Shown here: positions 1 through 9,925 of the stretch, piece after piece
Numbering within the stretch: the stretch's first letter is position 1
Layout: every line of letters begins with the position of its first letter
From: an uncultured Bacilli bacterium
GTDB lineage: Bacteria; Bacillota_I; Bacilli_A; RF39; UBA660
Direction: 5' to 3'
Length of the DNA stretch: 64,000 nucleotides
Assembly: GCA_934086145.1 (NCBI GenBank)
Contig: CAKOHV010000002.1
Coordinates: 450-64,449, forward strand
The notes under the pieces: generated by a model
The model's database searches: none
Told to the model about the DNA's origin: nothing
Seen by the model: the letters and a program-made list of their open reading frames with translations, nothing else
Translations under genes and position numbers: made by a program

Positions 1-471
1 ATAAGAATAAACAGAATTAAAATCATAATAATAATGTAATGGTAAAAATAACACACACATTACCAAAATAAGAGATATACCATACAAAACACTTTTTTCC
101 AATCGACTCAATTGCACTATCCCACTTGAATCAATTATTTGCGATTTCGTACAAATTATATACATATATAAGGTAAAAGTTATTATAAAAAAACTAAAAT
201 ACACTAAATAACTTCTGTTTAAAATTTCATTTAACAACGGATAATCATTCATATGAATAACACTAAAACAACAACAGAATTCCAAAAATAACCCAATCAA
301 ATTTGATATTAATAACCTTGAGTATAAAATTGTTTCCGAAGATTTAATCCCACTCTTTGAATAATAAACAACACACAATAGAATTGTATACACAAATGAG
401 CACACAATAAATGACATTCCTATAACCATCTTACAACACCCTATCTTGCATAAATTATAACATAAAAAAAA

Positions 472-500
472 TGAGATAACTCACTTTTTGAGATAACTCA
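472..500. repeat. 12-nt direct repeat TGAGATAACTCA x2 in 17-nt register, bracketed by an A-run and a T-run
   Basis: Read directly: aaaaaaaa-TGAGATAACTCA-ctttt-TGAGATAACTCA-tttttt at about 463-506, just 3' of the minus-strand acyl-CoA synthetase stop at 532. The flanking A and T runs can pair, so it may also be a weak bidirectional terminator. Confidence 0.5.
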
Positions 501-531
501 TTTTTTAAATACTTTCTATTCACTACTTTTT

Positions 532-2421
532 CTATACTTTTTTTAATACCATTTGCGAAGACTTATTTTTAATATTTTCATCTTCTTTTTCTAAAGCAAT
601 ATAATCAATTTTTCCAACCGCTGTTAATGGTAGTGATTCTCTGAATTTATAAGCAACTGGTTGAACATATTCAGGCAATTGTTCTAAACATAATAATTTT
701 ATCTGTTCTAAAACAACGTCCTCTTTGTCTTTATATTGTGGCTTTAAGACAATATGAGCTTTTGGTAATTTTCCTTGGCTATGATCCCGGTCAGCTATTG
801 CAACTACCTTACATCCCTCAACAGCTTCATGTTTTCCAATAACATTTTCTATTAAAGAAGGAAATATTTTAAAACCATCATATCTTATCATCATTCTTTT
901 AATTCTATCTACAATAAATAAACTTCCATCTTCATTTATATGACCAATATCGCCAGTATGAACCCATGTTTTTCCATCATTATGTCTTTTTAAAATTTGT
1001 TCGGTTGCTTCTGAATTATTAAAATATCCAAGCATTGTATTTGGTCCAGTTATACAAACTTCTCCATCAACACCATACATTAACTCTTCTTCTGTTCCCG
1101 GTTCAAATACGGAAATTGTCGTCTTTACAAATGGAATTCCAACACTTCCAATATGATTATTTTCATCAACTGTTCCAGCTACTCCTCCAGTAACTTCCGT
1201 CATTCCATACCCTTTTGTAATTTTAGAAGAGCAATTATGTTCTTTTAAATAAGCATTAGCTTGTTCTTCCAAAGTACGATCCATAGCATCTCCTCCTACG
1301 GTTGGAGCTATTATATAAGATAAATCCTTATTAGCTAGTTTTTTACTCTTAATAATAGTTCCCCAATAAGATGGAACACCAACCATATGAATTGGTTTAT
1401 ATTTTAGTAATAACTCATCAAACTTTGCCGGATTAAACTGAGGTATAAGAATTGTTTCCATCCCAATCGTTAATGGCAAATGTAACCCCATACCTACTCC
1501 ATATGCTATAAAAGTTGGCATGATATCTAACCAATTATGTTCTCTTTGCATATCTATGCCTGTTAAAACACTTTGTAAAGCAACTGCATTTATATTTTCA
1601 TTTGATAAAACAACACCTTTAGGAACACCAGTAGTACCTCCAGTATGTTCAATTGCCAACGGTCTATTATTTTTAAACTCAGCCTCCGTATTAATTCTAT
1701 ACTCAGCACCATTTGTAATAAATTGTGACCAATTCATAGTTCCATCTTCTAAAACTATTTTTTCCTTCGGATTTTTTAAGTTATTTATAATTTCTTTTGT
1801 TTTATACCCTATTTTCAAACCAAATGGCAATGATTCTGCCGGAGAAACTGCAACAATTTGTTTTACAACGCTTTCTTTTCGCAATTTTTTTACTTTGTTG
1901 TAACAAGAATCAACAATAATAACAAGATCCGATTCAACTTCTTCAATATAATTTTTTAAACCTTCAACGCTTGTTCTTGGATCAACCATATTGGCAATAG
2001 CACCAATTTTACTCATTGCATAAAACAAATAAACAGCTTCTGGAGTATTAGGCAATGATATAGTAACTATGTCATTTTCTTTAACTCCCATCATTTTCAA
2101 AGCCTTGGCTGTTTCTTCAATTCTCATAAAAAGTTCATCAAAAGTTATCTTTTTACCATAATAACTTAAAGCTATTCGCCCTAAAAACTTTTTATTTCGT
2201 TCAAATAAATACTTATAGGCAGACATTTTTGGCATATCTGTTTCAATTTGTTCATTTGTATAATATTTAAGCCATGGCTTATCAATACTAGGAATACCCG
2301 TTAGTGGTCCCTGAATTTCATTTTCTAGTAATTGTTTTAAATATAAATTTCTTTGTTTTTCTTCAAAGTAAGATAACTTTGATAATTGTTCTTTCAATTT
2401 TATTAATGCACTTTTTTCCAT
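532..2421 (-). CDS. AMP-dependent synthetase/ligase (acyl-CoA synthetase, ANL superfamily)
   Basis: 629-aa ORF with ANL core motifs: TGGTTGVPKG (P-loop), GYGMTE, HTGDIG, VDRIKRMM, and a C-terminal GKIDY lysine. Confidence 0.85.
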   Translation of the reverse strand: MEKSALIKLKEQLSKLSYFEEKQRNLYLKQLLENEIQGPLTGIPSIDKPWLKYYTNEQIETDMPKMSAYKYLFERNKKFLGRIALSYYGKKITFDELFMRIEETAKALKMMGVKENDIVTISLPNTPEAVYLFYAMSKIGAIANMVDPRTSVEGLKNYIEEVESDLVIIVDSCYNKVKKLRKESVVKQIVAVSPAESLPFGLKIGYKTKEIINNLKNPKEKIVLEDGTMNWSQFITNGAEYRINTEAEFKNNRPLAIEHTGGTTGVPKGVVLSNENINAVALQSVLTGIDMQREHNWLDIMPTFIAYGVGMGLHLPLTIGMETILIPQFNPAKFDELLLKYKPIHMVGVPSYWGTIIKSKKLANKDLSYIIAPTVGGDAMDRTLEEQANAYLKEHNCSSKITKGYGMTEVTGGVAGTVDENNHIGSVGIPFVKTTISVFEPGTEEELMYGVDGEVCITGPNTMLGYFNNSEATEQILKRHNDGKTWVHTGDIGHINEDGSLFIVDRIKRMMIRYDGFKIFPSLIENVIGKHEAVEGCKVVAIADRDHSQGKLPKAHIVLKPQYKDKEDVVLEQIKLLCLEQLPEYVQPVAYKFRESLPLTAVGKIDYIALEKEDENIKNKSSQMVLKKV

Positions 2422-2474
2422 TATTTATATTTCTCCTTAAATTTAAAATATATAATATTTCAAAAAATTAAATC

Positions 2475-3179
2475 TTATATTCTTTTCATCAACGACAACT
2501 TTACGCCATCATTATTTAATGTTCCATTTGCTAAAGCTTTTTTATCTTCTTCAACATAATATGCAAGATTAATTTTAGAATTAGACATTCGTTCTAGAGG
2601 TTTATCATAATAAACAATTGAACCTGGTAACCAATTATCTCCTAATTTAGTTGAAACTAAATAATATATTTTTTCTTCCAAATCTTTAAGATCAATATTT
2701 TCACTATAAAGTGAGATATGATACCTTGGAATAAATTGAACCATTTCACCAGGAATCGCTGTAACTAATGATTCTAAAGGAGAATATAATATTGTCGAAA
2801 AATTCAAAGCTTTTTCCGATTTTTTTATATTTTGATAAAAAGTATCAACTGATATTACCATTTTAGGTTTTACCTTTTCTATATCTGCTCTTACTTTTTC
2901 AGCATTATCCAAAGGATTTAAACCAACTGTGATAGCTCCAATTACATTATCTAGAGCATACAATAAATAAACAGATTCTGGCGTATTTAGAGCCATTACA
3001 CCTATTACATCACCTTCTCTAATACCTTTCGCATATAATATTTTTGTATACTTTTCTGTTCTATCATGCAATTCTTCAAAAGTTACTTTTCTTTCTCCAA
3101 AAGATAATGCCGTTAAATTCATATATTTAGCATTATTCTCAAGTAAATAGTTATACTTACTATTATTTGGATTTGCCAC
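2475..3179 (-). CDS. Truncated AMP-binding-enzyme paralog (N-terminal subdomain plus C-terminal remnant, no adenylation core)
   Basis: Residues LSFGERKVTFEELH...GDVIGVMALNTPESVYLLYAL align with residues about 85-150 of the neighbouring 629-aa synthetase. The P-loop, GYGMTE and TGD motifs are all missing. Likely GTG start at 3179 with GAGGTG 7 nt upstream. Confidence 0.5.
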   Translation of the reverse strand: MANPNNSKYNYLLENNAKYMNLTALSFGERKVTFEELHDRTEKYTKILYAKGIREGDVIGVMALNTPESVYLLYALDNVIGAITVGLNPLDNAEKVRADIEKVKPKMVISVDTFYQNIKKSEKALNFSTILYSPLESLVTAIPGEMVQFIPRYHISLYSENIDLKDLEEKIYYLVSTKLGDNWLPGSIVYYDKPLERMSNSKINLAYYVEEDKKALANGTLNNDGVKLSLMKRI

Positions 3180-3204
3180 TTTCTCACACCTCACATTAAT
3201 TCGT

Positions 3205-3232
3205 ATTTTACCATTTTAATCTGAAAAGTCAA
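3205..3232 (-). promoter_or_regulatory. Sigma-A-type promoter for the truncated synthetase paralog
   Basis: On the minus strand: TTGACT (3232-3227), 16-nt spacer, TGgTAAAAT extended -10 (3213-3205). Confidence 0.45.
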
Positions 3233-3315
3233 AAATTACAAAAGCTAAGATATAATTAGACCATATAGGCGATCAAGCCAACCTTTTCCCAAATAAAAAG
3301 CCAACAACCGTTGAC

Positions 3316-5040
3316 TTAATTTTTAGCAGCTTCCATCAATTTATTATAAATTCCTGGTTCAATAACATTAATAGCTCTTATAGCACATTCCAAAGCTTTC
3401 TTATAATCCCCTTGATAGAATAACTTTTCAGCATTACTTAGACTCATTTCTAAATTTTTATTAACAGGACGATATCTATTACCATAAACAATTGCCATTT
3501 CCGTCATAGCTGCCGTTTTAACAATTTCATTAGAAGTATTATATAACTTAAGAGCTAAATCACGAGCTGTATCTACTCTAATATTTAAAGTTTTAATTGA
3601 TATTGGCGTCATTTCAAGTTCTTTAACCATTTCTTTAATAGCAACATTTGCTTCAGATAACTGAACATAGTACATATTAGGTATTATTGGTAAGTTATAA
3701 CTTAATATTTTTTCTTTACTCTTCTTCAAAATATCCTTTATTTCATCTAATTGTTCACGTGCTCTTGATTCATCTTCTTCTAAACTACCTAGATTTCTTA
3801 ATGCTGTTTCTAGTTTTTCTTCCGTATTTAAAAGACGATTATTTAATTGTTCCATTTCTTTACCAAGTCTCGTAAAAGCAAAGGACTTTGTACGATGAGC
3901 ATCAATTATTTGATTATAATCTTTTTTTATCGCAATTAATTCTTGTTTAATTACTTCAATAACTTTAACATCTTCATCTGTTAAATCATAACTATATTTA
4001 ATTTGATCTAACTTTTTATATAAACCATTATTAATTTTTTCTAGTTTGTTAGCTTTTACCAAGACTTTTCTTACATATTCTTCAAAAATAGCACGAGCTT
4101 GTTTTTCTTGATCAAAATCATTATATATTCCATCAAAATAATCTAACATTGTCTTCAATTCAAAGATTGAATCTTCAACATTTAAAACATTCAAACGCGC
4201 AAAGATATCTTGAATTTTCTTTTCTGCTTCTTCAATATTATAAGTTATATTTAAATAATCTAGATTATATCCTTCTGATCGCATTCTTTCATGAATTTTT
4301 TCAATATCACGCATTTTATTAGGAATTAAATTTTTTCCCATCAATATAATGGTCGGAGCTTCATCAATAATTACCCCAAGATTACCAATTAAATCATCTA
4401 TTCCTTTAACTATTTTACCAACTTCTTCATAGCTATTAGCTTCCATAGCTACTTCAAAAGCCGCAAATAACTTATCAACATTTTCAAATTGTAATTCAAG
4501 AGGAGCACAAACTTCTTTATAATCATTTTTATTATTGTTATACTTAGTTACAATTTCACGATAACGAGTTTTAAGTTTAATAATTGTATCTCTATTTCTT
4601 TCTTCGGACAAAGTTATTTCTTTAATCTCATCTAGTAAAAAATTAGCTTTTGTTTTAACGTAAAAAATTTCTAATTCAGCTTTTGCTATCTTGTCATTTA
4701 AGGCTTTGTAATCACTTTCATTAAAGCATTCTTCTATATCAATTAAAGCATCTGTTATTTTTGGTACTTCAACATCTTTAATTTGTTTAAACCTCTTTTG
4801 CCAATCATCATACACTTCTTGCATCTTATCATTATTTACTAAAGCTTCTACTTTATTTAGTTCACTTAAAATAGAAGAAGATATAATCAAGTTTTTATCA
4901 CGCTCTAAGGTTGTAATTTCATCTCTATACTTTTTATTTTCACGACGATTAATAATATTTAGAACAACAACAACTATTATGATACTGACAATATAATAAG
5001 TTATTCCAGCAAGTATATAGGCAGTCTGACTCATACTCAT
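3316..5040 (-). CDS. ezrA: Septation ring formation regulator EzrA
   Basis: About 574 aa. It has an N-terminal TM helix (YILAGITYYIVSIIIVVVVL), a long coiled-coil body, and the C-terminal QNR-patch-like VYGNRYRP. ATG at 5040 follows GGAGGT. Confidence 0.85.
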   Translation of the reverse strand: MSMSQTAYILAGITYYIVSIIIVVVVLNIINRRENKKYRDEITTLERDKNLIISSSILSELNKVEALVNNDKMQEVYDDWQKRFKQIKDVEVPKITDALIDIEECFNESDYKALNDKIAKAELEIFYVKTKANFLLDEIKEITLSEERNRDTIIKLKTRYREIVTKYNNNKNDYKEVCAPLELQFENVDKLFAAFEVAMEANSYEEVGKIVKGIDDLIGNLGVIIDEAPTIILMGKNLIPNKMRDIEKIHERMRSEGYNLDYLNITYNIEEAEKKIQDIFARLNVLNVEDSIFELKTMLDYFDGIYNDFDQEKQARAIFEEYVRKVLVKANKLEKINNGLYKKLDQIKYSYDLTDEDVKVIEVIKQELIAIKKDYNQIIDAHRTKSFAFTRLGKEMEQLNNRLLNTEEKLETALRNLGSLEEDESRAREQLDEIKDILKKSKEKILSYNLPIIPNMYYVQLSEANVAIKEMVKELEMTPISIKTLNIRVDTARDLALKLYNTSNEIVKTAAMTEMAIVYGNRYRPVNKNLEMSLSNAEKLFYQGDYKKALECAIRAINVIEPGIYNKLMEAAKN

Positions 5041-5211
5041 GATTATACCTCCTATTCTAATTTTATATATCAATATCATATCACATCTCTTCTACAAAAT
5101 ATAGCTATAATAGACAAAATATGCTATTTAATCTGTTAATCATTTTGTAAACTCGCTATCTTTTTTGCTTTTTCTTCCCTAAAAACCTTAGCTGAAATAA
5201 TGCCATATTTA

Positions 5212-5239
5212 TTGACTTTTCCCTAAATTTATGTATAAT
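5212..5239 (+). promoter_or_regulatory. Sigma-A-type promoter of rpsD
   Basis: TTGACT (5212-5217), 16-nt spacer, TATAAT (5234-5239). Confidence 0.6.
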
Positions 5240-5402
5240 TATTAATTGCAGATGTATTTGGCAGCGTTGTCATTAAATATAAAGTGTTTATTCCGTAAGT
5301 TTATTAGTAGCTAAGGCTGCCTTAGTGAACATATCAAAATAAACTCCCTATAGTTTAATTGCAACAATCCTATATATCAAATTATGGAAGGAGAGAAAAA
5401 TT
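5240..5402 (+). promoter_or_regulatory. Structured 5' leader of rpsD (possible S4 autoregulatory element)
   Basis: A roughly 160-nt untranslated leader. GGCAGC (5260-5265) can pair with GCTGCC (5315-5320). B. subtilis rpsD is known to be autoregulated through its leader. Confidence 0.35.
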
Positions 5403-6005
5403 ATGGCAAGATACACAGGTCCTGTTTACAAAAAATCTCGTCGTTTAGGTTTCTCAATTCTTGAAAATGGTAGAGAATTAGCAACTCGTCCATATGCTCC
5501 AGGAGCTCATGGAAACGATAAGAGACGTAAATCAAGCGAATATGGTATTCAATTAGCTGAAAAACAAAAAATCAGATTAATGTATGGATTAAATGAAAAA
5601 CAATTCCATAAATTATTCGAAAAAGCATCAAAAATGAAAGGTACTGCAGGTCACAACCTTCTAAATTTACTAGAATCTAGATTAGACAATGTTGTTTATC
5701 GTTTAGGTTTAGCTAAGACTAGAAGAGCTGCTAGACAAGTAGTTAACCATGGTCACATTACTGTTAATGGTGTTAAGGTAGATATTCCTTCATATCAAGT
5801 TAAAGTTGGTGACGTTGTTGCTGTTAAAGAAAATTCTTTAGATCATCCAGCAATCAAAGAAGCTGTTGAAGCATGCTTAAATCGTCCTGCTTATGTTGAA
5901 TTTGATAAAAATTCAATGTCTGGTAAATTAGTAAGATTACCTGATAGAAGTGAACTTAACCAAGAAGTTAACGAAACACTTATCGTTGAATTCTACAACA
6001 GATAG
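5403..6005 (+). CDS. rpsD: 30S ribosomal protein S4
   Basis: 200 aa beginning [16 protein letters not shown], with an S4 RNA-binding domain ([34 protein letters not shown]). GGAGAG RBS upstream. Confidence 0.97.
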   Translation: MARYTGPVYKKSRRLGFSILENGRELATRPYAPGAHGNDKRRKSSEYGIQLAEKQKIRLMYGLNEKQFHKLFEKASKMKGTAGHNLLNLLESRLDNVVYRLGLAKTRRAARQVVNHGHITVNGVKVDIPSYQVKVGDVVAVKENSLDHPAIKEAVEACLNRPAYVEFDKNSMSGKLVRLPDRSELNQEVNETLIVEFYNR

Positions 6006-6008
6006 TAA

Positions 6009-6040
6009 AAAAAAAGATTTTTTCCAAAATCTTTTTTTTA
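6009..6040 (+). terminator. Rho-independent terminator after rpsD
   Basis: Stem agatttt/aaaatct with loop ttcc, followed by a T7 run. An A-run precedes it, so it could act in both directions. Confidence 0.75.
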
Positions 6041-6051
6041 TACCCCAACAA

Positions 6052-6090
6052 AAAAGAATGATTTAACTACCTAATCATTCTTTTTTTACT
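6052..6090 (-). terminator. Rho-independent terminator after the 360-aa gene
   Basis: Minus-strand stem agaatgatt/aatcattct followed by a T-run, just 3' of the stop at 6096. Confidence 0.6.
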
Positions 6091-6095
6091 TAAAT

Positions 6096-7178
6096 TTATT
6101 TACTTAAATTATTAACTTTTTCATATTCAACATGTCTTAAATAACTGTCTTCATTTTTCCAAATAGTATCAGTTTCTTCACTATAATAATAATGTCCTCC
6201 AATATCATTAGCCATCCTAACTAATTCTTGATTACTAACATTTAAGTTTGCACTCATTCCTAAAGTACTATACATAGAAGTAATATCCTCTTTAATAGCA
6301 GTACTATCAACCATACCATAATAATAATCTTGTTTAACAAAAGCATCTACTATTTGCATTAATTCTCCAATAACAAATGACAAATCTTGTTTTGGATAAG
6401 CTTTGCACACTATATATGCCTTTGCTTGATTTACATAGGCTTCGCCTTTAGCACACATTAAATTAAAAGCAAATTTATTTTCTTCTGATAACGAATCATA
6501 ATCAATGCCAATATTAATTTCAGTCAATTCATCGTCTTTCTTTTTATCATCAAAACATCCCCCAGTATCATTACTAGTTGTTGCAATATTTAAATCATAT
6601 AAAGCTAAAGAAGGTAACACAGTTGCTGATTCTGAATAATAAATAACATCGCTCTTACTAGCTATTGGCTTACCAATTCCACTAATTTGTCGGGCCAAAA
6701 CATCTTTAACACGCATTGAACCTAAAACTTTATAATCAACATTATAAGCAACTTTTAAAATATCTTCTCGACTTTGACGACCTAAAAGAACAATATCTTC
6801 TGAGACATCTTCTAATGAAGAATTACCCATTTTTTGCGCGACACTCATAATTGAAGATGGAAATTCATCAAAGAAACCATTTGACATTAAAGTAAAGAAA
6901 TCAATTAAATAATGATAACGGACAACTTCACTTTCTAACATTGTTGTTGGATGAACATAAGTTTCCCCAGTTTTAAAAGAAAATGGACTAATCAACTTTT
7001 TAAAAGTATCAAGTTTATCTTCACAAACACACATGCGAAGCAAATCATGACTATTCTTTCTTATTTTATCTTCTGAGATAACATCCTTATCGACATTTAC
7101 TAAAGTTTGAAATAACTCATTAGTTACTTCTTCACTAAAGCCATATCTTCTTTTATAAAATTCATAACTACGATTCAT
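6096..7178 (-). CDS. Hypothetical cytoplasmic protein (360 aa)
   Basis: Long ORF with no recognisable motif, signal peptide or TM segment. Confidence 0.5.
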   Translation of the reverse strand: MNRSYEFYKRRYGFSEEVTNELFQTLVNVDKDVISEDKIRKNSHDLLRMCVCEDKLDTFKKLISPFSFKTGETYVHPTTMLESEVVRYHYLIDFFTLMSNGFFDEFPSSIMSVAQKMGNSSLEDVSEDIVLLGRQSREDILKVAYNVDYKVLGSMRVKDVLARQISGIGKPIASKSDVIYYSESATVLPSLALYDLNIATTSNDTGGCFDDKKKDDELTEINIGIDYDSLSEENKFAFNLMCAKGEAYVNQAKAYIVCKAYPKQDLSFVIGELMQIVDAFVKQDYYYGMVDSTAIKEDITSMYSTLGMSANLNVSNQELVRMANDIGGHYYYSEETDTIWKNEDSYLRHVEYEKVNNLSK

Positions 7179-7238
7179 AAAAAAACCCCTTTTCTACGAG
7201 TCCTTATTTTAAAGGTTTTGAAAAGAAGTGTCAAATTT

Positions 7239-8525
7239 TTATCCTTTTTTATTAAAAGGAACTAATGATACAATACTATAATTGTCAAAATTTAAATTAT
7301 CTATAATTTTTTGAGCTTCTGCTAAGCATATCTCATTATAAATTTCATAGACATTATCATAAATTTTATCATATAAAATTAATTGATCACAAATATCACT
7401 ATTAACATATTCAATATCATCATAATCATTAATTAAAGAAGCAACATTGGCACGACGACGTCGTTTTAAATCTTCTTCACTAATTTCCATATTTTTTATT
7501 TTATCTTGAATAATTGGAATAACTTCGGCTGGATATTTCGTTTCAAAAGTAATTTCAATTAAAACGATATTCTCATCAATTACTTTACTAAAGCCAATGG
7601 CTGTAATTAATTCTTTTTCCATTAAATCTTCTTTTAATAAGGAAGTATTACCAAAATTATTACGTAAAATGGCCCCCAAATAAACAGCTAATACTAACGA
7701 ATCATAATCTTTAAAATTTTGACGAGCCATTTTATAACAGATTTTAACTTTAGGAATTTCCACATTAGCTTCGATTTCTACTTTTTTCTTATTAACTTCT
7801 ACAGGTTCAATAATTTTTTTCTTGACGGGATTTGTATATTTTAAGAATTTCTTTTGACGTTGATTTTCTTTTATCATCCCAATAGCTTCATAAGGATTGA
7901 AATTGCCTGTAATTACCATAAACATATTACGTGGATGATAAAAAGTATCATAAACAAGTTGTAATTCTTTAGCACTGATTGCTCTAACGTCATCTTCTTC
8001 CCCAGTTACTAAAAATCTCCTTTTATCCTTTTTAAACAAAGCTCTATTCATTCCATAATATAATTTATGACCTGGTCTATTTTTACCCATTTTTACTTCT
8101 TCAACGATAATCCCTTTTTCTTTTTCAACTAACTTATCTGTAAAATATGGCTTTTGAACATAATCTAATAAATTATTTAAATTTTTTTCAAATTCACTAG
8201 AGGCAAAAACTTCATAGGAAGTAAAATCAAAAGTCGTAAAGGCATTTATGGAAGCGCCTAATTTTTCAAATAATTCATGAGCCGTTAAGTTTTCATCAAT
8301 ATTGAAATTAACATGTTCTAAGAAGTGCGCAATTCCATCATGAACTTTTTTATAAGTTTTATCTTCTTCTCTTTTAAATTCTGTATCAACAGAACCATAT
8401 TTTACATTAAGAGTCATATAAAAATTATTTACCTTATCATTAACCCACATATAAACAGGCATTCCATTACTACATTTGTCATAATAGATAACTTCGTCTA
8501 AGCCTTTTATTTTAATCTCTTCCAT
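7239..8525 (-). CDS. M16 (pitrilysin/insulinase) family zinc peptidase, catalytic subunit
   Basis: 428 aa with the inverted zinc motif HxxEH (HFLEH). It overlaps the upstream M16-like gene by 14 nt, giving a YmfF/YmfH-like pair. Confidence 0.8.
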   Translation of the reverse strand: MEEIKIKGLDEVIYYDKCSNGMPVYMWVNDKVNNFYMTLNVKYGSVDTEFKREEDKTYKKVHDGIAHFLEHVNFNIDENLTAHELFEKLGASINAFTTFDFTSYEVFASSEFEKNLNNLLDYVQKPYFTDKLVEKEKGIIVEEVKMGKNRPGHKLYYGMNRALFKKDKRRFLVTGEEDDVRAISAKELQLVYDTFYHPRNMFMVITGNFNPYEAIGMIKENQRQKKFLKYTNPVKKKIIEPVEVNKKKVEIEANVEIPKVKICYKMARQNFKDYDSLVLAVYLGAILRNNFGNTSLLKEDLMEKELITAIGFSKVIDENIVLIEITFETKYPAEVIPIIQDKIKNMEISEEDLKRRRRANVASLINDYDDIEYVNSDICDQLILYDKIYDNVYEIYNEICLAEAQKIIDNLNFDNYSIVSLVPFNKKG

Positions 8526-9789
8526 CTTGTCCCTCCTCTTCTGCTAATAAATATGTTAAATTTAATTTAATCTTTTTAGCTAAGGCCACAATTTCTTCTT
8601 TAGCAACTTTTTTAAATTCTTTTATTCTTTCTTCGTAAAGTGGTAGTTCATCTAAATCATTAAATAAATAATTATTAACAATACCTCCTAAAGTATCTTG
8701 ACTCATTTTTATAGAAGAAATTAAATTTTTCTTAGCATTTTCGATTTCTTCATCACCAAAATTACCTTCTTGCATTTCTTTTAAGGCTTTATTAACTAAT
8801 TCAACACATAAGTCTTTACTTTCGGTATCAATCCCCGCATAAATCATTAGTAACTGATCATACTTTTGATACATAGCCGACGTATTATAACATAATGAAT
8901 TTTCTTCTCGTAAATAACGATATAACTTACTTGTTAACCCCCCACTACCAAAAATAAAGTTAAATAAATGAATGACAATATCTCTTTCTCTTTTACTTAA
9001 ATCAACTAAATTATATAACATAATAAAAGTTGCTTGTTCATATTTACCAGTTTCAATAATATCTAGTTTATCTTTTCTTAGAGTATTTAAAACAAACAAT
9101 GTTTGCTTTTCTTTTTTCTTCGTCTTTACATTAAAGTACTTTTTAATATAAGAAACAATTTCATCCATATCTAAATTACCTATAACATAAATATCACAGA
9201 TACATTCTTTAAAGAACTTATTATAGTAATCGACTAAGTTACTTGGCGTAATATCTTCTAAGTCTTCTAAGTAACCTGTCATATAATAACTAGAAGGACT
9301 ATCTTCATCCATATTACTTAAAGCTCTTTTAAATGCATACTTTGTCGCATTTTCTTTAATGGATTCAATATCAGCTTTTAATCTATTTGTTACAATTGTA
9401 AAACTTCGTTTATCAAATTCATTATTTTCAATATTGGGTTCAGTTAAAAAACCAAAACTAAATTTAAATAGTTCATCTAAGTAATCTTCATCACAATATT
9501 TAGGATCTAAAAAATCAGTTACAAAAGAAGTTATTAAGTAATTTCCCAATCTAGTTACTAATCCTCTTGTATATGAATTATATAAGTTTTCAAATTCAAT
9601 TGAAATATCTCTTCTACTCTTATAGTTTTTAGTTGAAGCTACTAAAATGTCGGTTAACACATTATTAATCGTTATTTCTTCTTTTTGAAGTTTTTTTGTA
9701 AACATTACTTCCATTGAACAATTTTTAAACTTATCTGTTTTTATAGTATGAATTCGATAATTATTAAAATTATATACTTTATATTCCAT
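8512..9789 (-). CDS. M16-family peptidase-like protein, non-catalytic partner
   Basis: 425 aa of matching size and arrangement to the downstream M16 gene, but with no HxxEH motif. Confidence 0.65.
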   Translation of the reverse strand: MEYKVYNFNNYRIHTIKTDKFKNCSMEVMFTKKLQKEEITINNVLTDILVASTKNYKSRRDISIEFENLYNSYTRGLVTRLGNYLITSFVTDFLDPKYCDEDYLDELFKFSFGFLTEPNIENNEFDKRSFTIVTNRLKADIESIKENATKYAFKRALSNMDEDSPSSYYMTGYLEDLEDITPSNLVDYYNKFFKECICDIYVIGNLDMDEIVSYIKKYFNVKTKKKEKQTLFVLNTLRKDKLDIIETGKYEQATFIMLYNLVDLSKRERDIVIHLFNFIFGSGGLTSKLYRYLREENSLCYNTSAMYQKYDQLLMIYAGIDTESKDLCVELVNKALKEMQEGNFGDEEIENAKKNLISSIKMSQDTLGGIVNNYLFNDLDELPLYEERIKEFKKVAKEEIVALAKKIKLNLTYLLAEEEGQDGRD

Positions 9790-9898
9790 GGTTCACCTCT
9801 TTATTTATTATGCCTCTTTTAAATAGTTTTATATCTTTTATTTAAAAATATGCAAAGTTATTATATCATAATCTATCTATATTTTATTAATTAATATC

Positions 9899-9925
9899 AA
9901 AATAAAAGGTTTTATCAAAAACCTT
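9899..9925 (-). terminator. Rho-independent terminator after the 509-aa repeat protein gene
   Basis: Stem aaggtttt/aaaacctt with loop atc, followed on the minus strand by ttatttt. Confidence 0.5.

Noticed and set aside
1520-1903. Antisense or nested ORFs inside larger genes
   Set aside because: Examples are 1520-1903, 3687-3875, 11044-11277, 11277-11504, 12410-12601, 12779-13051, 19237-19557, 19831-20079, 23050-23271, 27004-27207, 27338-27532, 39436-39789, 46545-46745, 47124-47390, 48383-48565, 48638-48832, 49603-49848, 53125-53479, 54414-54788, 55296-55478, 58038-58268, 58650-58988, 60023-60305 and 61440-61751. Each lies within or opposite a much longer ORF with recognisable motifs. Their translations are low-complexity, with no RBS or motif. 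They are chance frames.
7239-9789. M16 peptidase pair as a RiPP-maturation protease (AlbE/AlbF-like)
   Set aside because: There is no radical-SAM enzyme, precursor peptide or dedicated transporter adjacent. An active/inactive M16 pair of this kind is a common conserved Firmicute arrangement (YmfF/YmfH-like).
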